Source: a virus
Taxonomy: Duplodnaviria > Heunggongvirae > Uroviricota > Caudoviricetes
Virus record (IMG/VR): IMGVR_UViG_3300022594_000256
Span: 67,368 to 81,521 of that record
DNA length: 14,154 bases
Reading direction: 5' to 3' (one strand)
Shown: in pieces, positions 1 through 6,392 of the stretch
How positions within the stretch are numbered: position 1 is the stretch's first letter
How the letters are laid out: each line of letters begins with the position of its first letter
Translations under genes and position numbers: made by a program
Notes under the pieces: generated by a model
What the model was told of the DNA's origin: nothing
Seen by the model: only the letters and a program-made list of their open reading frames with translations
The model's database searches: none

Positions 1-454
1 TTATAGTATCATCTAAGTCAGCATAGGCAAGAAGGTTATTATTCCAACTTGTTCTAGAACCTTTAGTTCCTTTTACTCCACGCAAATATAAAATGTCATT
101 ACGACTTGGAACTTGAGGACTGTCAACATGCCAATCAAATGTATCTTTATCGCCAGCCATACCAGGCTTGCCATTTCTTAATTCAGCAGTAACTCTACAC
201 AATAACCCGTCTGAATCTATAGCATAGTCCGGAAACAACGGATTGTCTTTATCATACAACGGCGTAGGGTTTTTAAACATATGCAGTATTCTTAGCTCTT
301 CCTCAACCGTTAAGAACTGTTTTTTAAAAACAACTATTACATTAGTTGATATAAGTTTTGCTATTGCGTTTATGTCTTCCTGCGTACAAGTTTTTAAATC
401 AATATCAACAAGAGCAGTCCATCCATTGTTGTGTATGCTATAATTAAATGCCAT
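1..454 (-). CDS. TauD/TfdA-family Fe(II)/2-oxoglutarate dioxygenase, N-terminal 151 aa (runs off the left edge; absent from the ORF track)
   Basis: Manual translation from ATG at 454 is open to the edge: MAFNYSIHNNGWTALVDIDLKTCTQEDINAIAKLISTNVIVVFKKQFLTVEEELRILHMFKNP...DTFDWHVDSPQVPSRNDILYLRGVKGTKGSRTSWNNNLLAYADLDDTI. It has TauD-like segments: VVFKKQFLTVEE (cf. VLVFRxQxLTxEQ), WHVD (HxD iron ligands) and GSRTSW...AYADL (cf. GGDTxF...AYxxL). The start overlaps the end of the upstream ORF by 11 nt. Confidence 0.85.
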   Translation of the reverse strand, partial: MAFNYSIHNNGWTALVDIDLKTCTQEDINAIAKLISTNVIVVFKKQFLTVEEELRILHMFKNPTPLYDKDNPLFPDYAIDSDGLLCRVTAELRNGKPGMAGDKDTFDWHVDSPQVPSRNDILYLRGVKGTKGSRTSWNNNLLAYADLDDTI

Positions 455-1139
455 GGCCTTTTTCAATTAATTTTTGAATGATTAAATTAGCCAACTCTAC
501 ATGAAAATCTTCGCCGTAGTGTATTTCTAATTTTGTGCATTTCTTTTCTATAGCCCATTCTTCGGCATTTTTATAATTTCCAAAAGTTAACACACTATCT
601 CCAGTTGGAACAAATGACGGCTCGGTACTTTTTAAGTACAGTGGTATTTGTAAAAAATCAGCAGCATGTAACTGACATATTGCATCTACACAAAACATTA
701 ATTGTTTAAGATTATTACGCGGTTGATATATTTCTACAAATGTTCTGTTAACTTCTGATTCAAAGTTATTAGTACCTGCTTGAAAATATTTGTCCTTATC
801 ACAACCTATACCACCATCTGGGCAATATAATTCTGTAAGATCATATCGACCCCAAGAAAACAATACTAAACTATCTGGATGCTCTTGTACTGCTTCCACT
901 AATAATCGTAAGCTTCGATCGTTACTACCGCCAGACATTGCATAATTGTAACAAGGTACATTTAAATAGTCCGCTACCTTTTGCGGAAATGTTAATAACT
1001 TACCAGGAGCATCTAATTCTTCAATAGTTTTTTTTCCTGTTAAGTATGCCCTAGTTCTAAATTGTTCTAATGGTCCAGCTAACTCGCATCCTGCCGGAGT
1101 GCTATCACCAAACGCTAATACTGATTTGATTGTAGACAT
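444..1139 (-). CDS. SGNH/GDSL-like hydrolase (esterase/acyl-transfer fold)
   Basis: Block I LAFGDS with a catalytic-type Ser, block II NYAMSGGSNDRSLR, and C-terminal HYGEDFHVELANLI resembling the HPxxxGHxxxA block. Starts 1 nt after the radical SAM stop. Confidence 0.7.
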   Translation of the reverse strand: MSTIKSVLAFGDSTPAGCELAGPLEQFRTRAYLTGKKTIEELDAPGKLLTFPQKVADYLNVPCYNYAMSGGSNDRSLRLLVEAVQEHPDSLVLFSWGRYDLTELYCPDGGIGCDKDKYFQAGTNNFESEVNRTFVEIYQPRNNLKQLMFCVDAICQLHAADFLQIPLYLKSTEPSFVPTGDSVLTFGNYKNAEEWAIEKKCTKLEIHYGEDFHVELANLIIQKLIEKGHGI

Positions 1140-1140
1140 G

Positions 1141-2655
1141 TTAATTCCTTTGATTGATTTTTTTCAAAATATATTCATTTAAAAACTTTTTATGCGCTTC
1201 CCATGCGTTTAATACGGCAGAGTATTTAGATACGTTAATAGTAGATTTTAAATCAACACTTTTAGTCCCAGCAGCATATTCGGGAAAACTTAGTTGCCAG
1301 CAATCTACATTAAAATCATTAACTACATAATCTTGTAAATCGCCAGATATTCTTTTTGCATCGAAGATGTTCATTGTATCGTGTTCCCATAATACTTCGT
1401 TAGTGGAATAGTTACCTTCCTTCCAATTAAACAATGTAGTAGGGTCACCAAAGAAATCAACTTGACTTGTGCCCATTTTTCTAAGACCATATTTTTGTAA
1501 ATTACGAGCCATTTTACTAACGTTGGTATGATCCTTTTCACGATCGTCTTCTAAGTTTTCAACGATTAACGGAAACATTACTAGAGATTCTGTAATCCAG
1601 TTTTCCTTTAACCATTTCATATTATCGTGCCATTCTTGTTCAACACTATATGGCAACCCTACTATGAAACTTATTGTTCCTCTGTAGGTCTTACCCTGTT
1701 GCTTAAAATAGTCCTTAGTATCCAGCACTAGCTGTTTTACTTTATCCGGGTGCAGTCCCTTGCCTATTATCTTTCCACTTTGATGATTAAAAGTTTCAAT
1801 GCCGTAGTATTGACCTCCAAAGTTCATCCTAGCAAGTTCTTCTATCATTGATCTATTTTGAAATAGATCTGCTCGAATAAATCCGCTAAAGAAAGGATCA
1901 AAGTCTAACTTTTCTACAACATCGGCAAACTTAGAAATTTTTTCTACACGATCATTAAATGTTTCGTCGGCTACGTAGTATCGATCAATACCAAAATTAT
2001 CGTAGTTATATTTCATTTCGTATTCGAAACTTTCAGCAGATCTAGAAGTATCTTCTTTTAAACCTAGAACAGGAAAATTACAGAACGCACACGAAAATTT
2101 ACATCCTCTAGAAAATTCAACTGTTAACCATTCAAATGGTTCTAAGAAATCTCTCTTCTCCATAATGACAGAGTAGTCACCTAAATTAAATGACGGATAA
2201 GCATGTATAGCCTTAATAACTTTTTTCTGTCCAAAGAATGCAGGTTCAAAAATAAGCCCTGATGTAGAGTTCCCTGCAAGAGCCTTAGCTACGGCTAGCA
2301 TAGCTTCTTCTCCGTAACTGTCTACCCATATATCTATATTTTGTGCGGCACTGTGTAATACATTCTGTCCACCTATTACAATTTTAATATGCGGGTATTT
2401 TATTTTTAACCATGCAGTAAAATTAGTTAATGTATCGTTCCAATAGGAAAAGAATGTGCTAAAACCAAAAAATATTGTTTTGCTAGTAACTGACTGTTGC
2501 GTAAACTCTTTTAATTGTTCTAAGGGCCAATGGGCTGCAAAATCAACTACTTCTACATCCATTTCATTTTTTCTTAGATAGGTAGCTATCCTATGAGCTC
2601 CGCTACTGCGTTCCCAAGGATAGTTTCTAGAGGAAAAGATTAAAGCGTGATTCAT
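1141..2655 (-). CDS. Cobalamin (B12)-binding-domain radical SAM enzyme (class B methyltransferase-like)
   Basis: CxxxCxxC motif SRGCKFSCAFCNF. The N-terminal B12-binding Rossmann-like region has SGAHRIATYLR..DVEVVDF, GFSTFF and IVIGG. Core motifs include YVADETFN, GIETFN and ISFIVGLP. 504 aa. Confidence 0.9.
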   Translation of the reverse strand: MNHALIFSSRNYPWERSSGAHRIATYLRKNEMDVEVVDFAAHWPLEQLKEFTQQSVTSKTIFFGFSTFFSYWNDTLTNFTAWLKIKYPHIKIVIGGQNVLHSAAQNIDIWVDSYGEEAMLAVAKALAGNSTSGLIFEPAFFGQKKVIKAIHAYPSFNLGDYSVIMEKRDFLEPFEWLTVEFSRGCKFSCAFCNFPVLGLKEDTSRSAESFEYEMKYNYDNFGIDRYYVADETFNDRVEKISKFADVVEKLDFDPFFSGFIRADLFQNRSMIEELARMNFGGQYYGIETFNHQSGKIIGKGLHPDKVKQLVLDTKDYFKQQGKTYRGTISFIVGLPYSVEQEWHDNMKWLKENWITESLVMFPLIVENLEDDREKDHTNVSKMARNLQKYGLRKMGTSQVDFFGDPTTLFNWKEGNYSTNEVLWEHDTMNIFDAKRISGDLQDYVVNDFNVDCWQLSFPEYAAGTKSVDLKSTINVSKYSAVLNAWEAHKKFLNEYILKKINQRN

Positions 2656-2656
2656 A

Positions 2657-3226
2657 TTATTTTAAAAAATTTTCTAATGGATAGTCGAGATCAAATCCTA
2701 TAGTGGCTGTTAATCTTGGCTCAGACAAATCGGGATTAGTATAGATACCGTGAGCAGTCTTTGTATGGAATACAAAAGGTGCATTAGTTTCTACGTTAGC
2801 AATTTCAATTAGAGGATACTTGTCTTCTATTGTGTAATAAGGATTTCCTTCAGAAGTAAATTCTTCAGTAATTTTATTGCTATTTAAATCAAAAAATTTA
2901 GTAGACGACCCTTGACAGCTATGCACGGGCCATAATATACGATAGTCTAACACACCATGATCAACATGGACTCCACCTGAGAATTTAGGTGGAGTATAGA
3001 ATATTGCAACCATAACAATACGTGCAGGAATTATTTGCTTAGTAGCTAGTTCTAATTCGGGCACATTGTTTAATACATGATCTAAATCTAACGTAACCCA
3101 ACGAACATGATCTTCATTAAGAATATCTGTATGTTTTAAAACATATTGATAGAGTTTTTCACTAACTATCTCATGATTGTTAATATTTAGATAACTGTAG
3201 ATTTTAGGGGCATTATTCGTTGTCAA
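2657..3226 (-). CDS. Fe(II)/2OG-dependent oxygenase-like (DSBH/cupin fold) protein
   Basis: HxD in GVHVDH, distal His in TAHGIY and a C-terminal Arg strand PRLTATIGF. The TTG start has a GAGGT SD-like motif 6 nt upstream and overlaps the previous ORF by 14 nt. Confidence 0.7.
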   Translation of the reverse strand: MTTNNAPKIYSYLNINNHEIVSEKLYQYVLKHTDILNEDHVRWVTLDLDHVLNNVPELELATKQIIPARIVMVAIFYTPPKFSGGVHVDHGVLDYRILWPVHSCQGSSTKFFDLNSNKITEEFTSEGNPYYTIEDKYPLIEIANVETNAPFVFHTKTAHGIYTNPDLSEPRLTATIGFDLDYPLENFLK

Positions 3227-3851
3227 GCAAATACCTCATATCTCCCACACCGGCAATTCCGCCTACTAAAAAAATTCTCATAGTTTCTAAATTCTCAACA
3301 CTATGTATAGAATCAAAAGACATCCAATACCAGTTGTCTTCTTCGAGCGATGCTTCGGCTTGAGGTTCAATTTTACTATACGGAATAGCACAGTAGTCTA
3401 TTATTTCTAAATTTGTAAATTCTTCTTTAGGTTTGTACCATACTGTCTTTGTATCTTTACCGCCAGACTTTAACAGATATTGGAAACCGTTTCTTCTTCT
3501 ATTAACATCATCTAGATGCGGAGCACAATAAGGACCGCCTTCTACAAATAAGAATCCGTAGTATTCAAAAACATTTGTGATATTATGATTTTTTTCTTTA
3601 AAAAAATTTGAAACTTTTTGTTCTAACTCGGGGGACATTGCCATTGCACTAACACCTCCCGACTTTTCATAAAAAAGCATATCTTCGTTTTCCATGTGAT
3701 TGATAGCATCTTTATTTTCAGTTTCAAATCGTCTATGATACAATATTCTGTTTTGTCTTTGTGTTTCAAAAAGCTGCATTGCATTTTCTAAGCACTCTTG
3801 TTTTAGTTCTTCTGATAGGCAAGGCATAGCTATCATATTTTTATAATACAT
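3213..3851 (-). CDS. Fe(II)/2OG-dependent oxygenase-like (DSBH) protein
   Basis: HxD in CAPHLDD, followed by GFQYLLKSGG..TVWY. Distal His in DSIHSVENL and an Arg strand RIFLV. AAGGA SD upstream of the ATG. Confidence 0.7.
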   Translation of the reverse strand: MYYKNMIAMPCLSEELKQECLENAMQLFETQRQNRILYHRRFETENKDAINHMENEDMLFYEKSGGVSAMAMSPELEQKVSNFFKEKNHNITNVFEYYGFLFVEGGPYCAPHLDDVNRRRNGFQYLLKSGGKDTKTVWYKPKEEFTNLEIIDYCAIPYSKIEPQAEASLEEDNWYWMSFDSIHSVENLETMRIFLVGGIAGVGDMRYLLDNE

Positions 3852-3864
3852 AAAATTTCCTTAA

Positions 3865-4644
3865 TTATTTGCTATCGTAGCCTTCTACATCGATTTGTTT
3901 TCTAAATTCATCTGTGAATCGGCCATTAACACGAATTGTATATGTAGGGCGATTCACAGATTCGCCGCCGTGCCAATCTCTTTCGTCCCACCATGCGACT
4001 CTAGTTTCGATATATACTTTTTCTTTAGTTTCAGGATTTATAATATAGAATGGTCTATCACAGTCTGTTTTGATGTGAATGAATTCTGTAATTTGTCCAG
4101 ATAATTGTTCTTCTGGAATTTCAGGATCAAATATTCCTGTAACAGGATCTTCTGGATCGTGATGCTCCCAAGGAATTCCAGTAGCATCTAATGCCATTAT
4201 TGTTGCACTATATAAACTTTTAAAAATGCCAGCAGTTTGTAAACTTTGAATCCACTCAACTAATTTAGGAAAATGTAAACCTACTTCGCCAACACCTTTG
4301 TGTTTATAGTTCTCATCTAGTACTTTATAAACTATGTAGTGATCGTATGCGTGAAGTGAAAATTTCAAATAGGTAGTTAGTTGGTTATAAGTTAAGTCTT
4401 TACCGGCAATCTTTAATGGATCGTCTTCTGGCAACGATTTCCAATAGTTATAAATTTGTGATAGTGGTTTAATTTGTACACCTTGTGCGTGTGGATGTAC
4501 AGTTCCGGGATGATATACTTGTAGACCATAAATTGCAAGTTGATTTGCAGTTGCCATTCCTCTACATATTTCTGGATGCAGAGAATCAAAAACAGTTAAG
4601 TCTATGTGTTTTTGTAAGTCTATAAAGAGTCGATTTCTAATCAT
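3865..4644 (-). CDS. Fe(II)/2OG-dependent oxygenase-like protein (loosely Asp/Asn beta-hydroxylase-like C-terminal domain)
   Basis: HxD in WEHHDP, distal His in DWHGGE and an Arg strand YTIRVNG. First gene of the enzyme operon, with no SD upstream. Confidence 0.6.
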   Translation of the reverse strand: MIRNRLFIDLQKHIDLTVFDSLHPEICRGMATANQLAIYGLQVYHPGTVHPHAQGVQIKPLSQIYNYWKSLPEDDPLKIAGKDLTYNQLTTYLKFSLHAYDHYIVYKVLDENYKHKGVGEVGLHFPKLVEWIQSLQTAGIFKSLYSATIMALDATGIPWEHHDPEDPVTGIFDPEIPEEQLSGQITEFIHIKTDCDRPFYIINPETKEKVYIETRVAWWDERDWHGGESVNRPTYTIRVNGRFTDEFRKQIDVEGYDSK

Positions 4645-4675
4645 GACAATATTTATAAATTGCCATGATTAGAAA
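4634..4675 (-). repeat. Inverted repeat/hairpin with 17-bp stem and 8-nt loop, covering the start codon at 4644
   Basis: Minus strand reads TTTCTAATCATG-G-CAAT [TTATAAAT] ATTG-T-CATGATTAGAAA, i.e. 12 perfect bp, one G-U and 4 bp. Confidence 0.9.
4650..4657 (-). promoter_or_regulatory. T4-type late promoter motif TATAAATA
   Basis: Exact match to the T4 gp55 late consensus, 5 nt upstream of the ATG at 4644, mostly within the hairpin loop. Confidence 0.6.
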
Positions 4676-4682
4676 CTAGTGA

Positions 4683-5807
4683 TTATGGTCCAGTGAATGA
4701 TACCCAGCTAGTACCGTTATAACCCATAAAGTGATTTGTAGTAGAATTGAAAACAATCATGCCAGCCTCTGGTGCTGGATAACCATTTATTTGAGATGTT
4801 GAATAACTTGAAGCTTGGAAAATAGGAGCTCGGAAAGCACCCTTTGAATTAAATGTACATGTATTCAAACCGCCATTATTGTTATTGGTATTTAAATATA
4901 ATGTTGCTCCAGGATTCGAATCAGTCATTGTTGCCGTAGCTTCTAATGAACTTGCAATACCAGAAGTTTGGATATAACCACCGCCGTGATATCCGCCCAT
5001 ACTTAAATTCATTAACCAGTCACCCGGTTGACTATTTGTCGGAGAAGCTATTGTTCCTCTTGAGGAAAAGATATTAAACTGTGGAGTGCTTCCAGGAGTT
5101 CCATCAGCAGATACACCTCTAACCTGTGCAATTTGTTGTGCATTATTTTCAACGTACAATGAACCATTAGAAACAGATAATGTATTGTTAGTAAAAGATA
5201 AATTACTAGCAGTTACTGTAGTAGATGTAACAGTACCAGTAATGTTAATGTTTCCACTTCCAGTAACGTTATGTCCGTTTAATCCTAGGTTAGCACCCAA
5301 TAACGGATTACCGTCTTGACTAATAGCAGTAATTCCTTCAGGAGGTGTAGCCCAACTTAAATTTCCAGAACCGTCAGTTTTAAGATATTGATTAGAATGC
5401 CCAGATTGGCTAGGCAATGTTGTGCCACCACCGCCGCCTGTTACTGTAGCAGTGATTCTATGATCAACATCATCGTATAAAAATGTGATTCCAGTGTTAT
5501 AAGGATTACCGTTTGTTAAAGCCGTAGCAACTGCTGCTTGTGCTCTTGCAGGGGTAAAATACTGATTAGTTGTGCCTTCATTTAAACTATCGCTATTTGT
5601 AGAAGCTAAATGTAAATCTAATTTACCAGTACTTTGATTGTAGTTTACACCACTACCGCCAAGTTGAGAAGCAATATCAATACCACCTGCTGTGATACCA
5701 TCGCCTACGTAAAGTTTGTGACCGTTAGTGGTCCAAATTAATTCTCCAGCCGCAAACGTAATACCGCCGCGTTGTGATTCTGTTCCTCTTCTAATTTTGA
5801 GAGCCAT
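4683..5807 (-). CDS. Virion fibre/tail-fibre-like structural protein with Mtd_N-like N-terminal module
   Basis: The N-terminus LKIRRGTESQR..FAAGELIWTTNGHKLYVGDG matches the major tropism determinant N-terminal/hyaluronidase-N pattern. Common phage fibre motifs follow: SDSLNEGTTNQYFTPARA, LPSQSGHSNQYLKTDGSGNLSW, DGNPLLGANLGLNG, and C-terminal GMIVFNSTTNHFMGYNGTSW. G/S/T/N-rich, with a GGAG SD. Confidence 0.8.
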   Translation of the reverse strand: MALKIRRGTESQRGGITFAAGELIWTTNGHKLYVGDGITAGGIDIASQLGGSGVNYNQSTGKLDLHLASTNSDSLNEGTTNQYFTPARAQAAVATALTNGNPYNTGITFLYDDVDHRITATVTGGGGGTTLPSQSGHSNQYLKTDGSGNLSWATPPEGITAISQDGNPLLGANLGLNGHNVTGSGNINITGTVTSTTVTASNLSFTNNTLSVSNGSLYVENNAQQIAQVRGVSADGTPGSTPQFNIFSSRGTIASPTNSQPGDWLMNLSMGGYHGGGYIQTSGIASSLEATATMTDSNPGATLYLNTNNNNGGLNTCTFNSKGAFRAPIFQASSYSTSQINGYPAPEAGMIVFNSTTNHFMGYNGTSWVSFTGP

Positions 5808-5851
5808 TGTGCTTTCTCCGTTTCTTTGAAGTCGTTTGTGACTAATATACT

Positions 5852-5860
5852 GTATTTAGC
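5852..5860 (-). promoter_or_regulatory. Possible late promoter (GCTAAATAC) for the fibre gene
   Basis: TAAATA core lies between the upstream terminator and the fibre start. It matches only 6 of 8 positions of TATAAATA and the DNA is AT-rich, so support is weak. Confidence 0.35.
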
Positions 5861-5882
5861 GAAAAGAAAAGATAGCACAGCC

Positions 5883-5911
5883 AAAGAAAAAGGGCCCTTA
5901 CGAGCCCTTTT
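5883..5911 (-). terminator. Intrinsic terminator closing the rIIA-rIIB-kinase unit
   Basis: Minus strand AAAAGGGCTC-GTAA-GGGCCCTTTTTCTTT: GC-rich stem, GNRA loop and U-tract, 15 nt after the kinase stop. Confidence 0.9.
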
Positions 5912-5926
5912 AAAGTGCGTATTTTA

Positions 5927-6391
5927 TTACGCTGCGTTCCAGATTTCCTTAAAACCTTCTTCTTCAGTAGGCATAACGAAGCCATTAATCATAGAGCGCA
6001 TAACATGATCTGGAATGGTCTTTCCAGGGCGTCCAGCTAATCTGCGTGTTAGCTCTTCCTTTTCAGGAGTTGCAAAAACAATGGCGATCGCATGATAGTT
6101 TGGGAGCATGTTAAACTTACGTTTACGACTAGCTACTGTAGTACTAGTTTGGTCCCAAATGATATCCAGGCCGTTAGCTTTGCAGATCTCGACTTGGTTA
6201 GCCATCAGTTTTACAGCAATGGGCATGTATTCATCAAACACTTCAGAGTAAGTTTTGCCTTGTTTTGCAGCGTATTCTTCTACAAAATGGTCAGTACTTA
6301 CTACTGGAATGTCCTTAGCCCATTCCTGATTTTTAATCCAGGTAGATTTCCCACTACCTGGAACACCAACTAATACATACAGCTTATTCAT
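5927..6391 (-). CDS. P-loop kinase, AAA_33 / T4 polynucleotide-kinase-like kinase domain (no phosphatase domain)
   Basis: Walker A GVPGSGKST, then VVSTD, IIWDQTS..SRKRK and lid motif RRLAGR. 154 aa. Confidence 0.8.
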   Translation of the reverse strand: MNKLYVLVGVPGSGKSTWIKNQEWAKDIPVVSTDHFVEEYAAKQGKTYSEVFDEYMPIAVKLMANQVEICKANGLDIIWDQTSTTVASRKRKFNMLPNYHAIAIVFATPEKEELTRRLAGRPGKTIPDHVMRSMINGFVMPTEEEGFKEIWNAA

Positions 6392-6392
6392 A

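Noticed and set aside
243-443. Plus-strand 66-aa ORF
   Set aside because: It is antisense to the TauD-like gene, which has clear family motifs, and has no SD or recognisable features.
3186-3213. TAATG stop/start overlap after the 212-aa gene, suggesting a frameshifted start for the next gene
   Set aside because: That ATG opens only MPLKSTVI* and no canonical slippery heptamer is present. The in-frame TTG at 3226 has a GAGGT SD and explains the gene.
3198-3226. TTGACA at the start of the 189-aa oxygenase gene
   Set aside because: There is no usable -10 at 16-18 nt spacing (AATCTA at 17). The hexamer is simply the TTG-ACA start codons.
2657-4644. TET/JBP-type DNA base oxidases
   Set aside because: HxD..H is shared by all 2OG oxygenases. 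I see no TET/JBP-specific pattern and no DNA methylase, nucleotide kinase or glycosyltransferase in the window. DNA modification is kept only as a lower-ranked hypothesis.
1-4644. Classical RiPP cluster with a short precursor peptide
   Set aside because: There is no short leader/core ORF, RRE domain, peptidase or exporter in the window, and intergenic gaps are too small to hide one. A precursor could still lie beyond the left edge.
1221-4897. Other TAAATA hexamers on the minus strand (near 1223, 2882, 3184, 4893)
   Set aside because: They lie inside coding sequence in AT-rich DNA, where chance matches are expected, and lack the full TATAAATA.
4683-5807. Diversity-generating retroelement target, suggested by the Mtd_N-like domain
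   Set aside because: No template/variable repeat pair, reverse transcriptase or C-type-lectin-like variable region is visible. Mtd_N-like modules are common in ordinary fibres.
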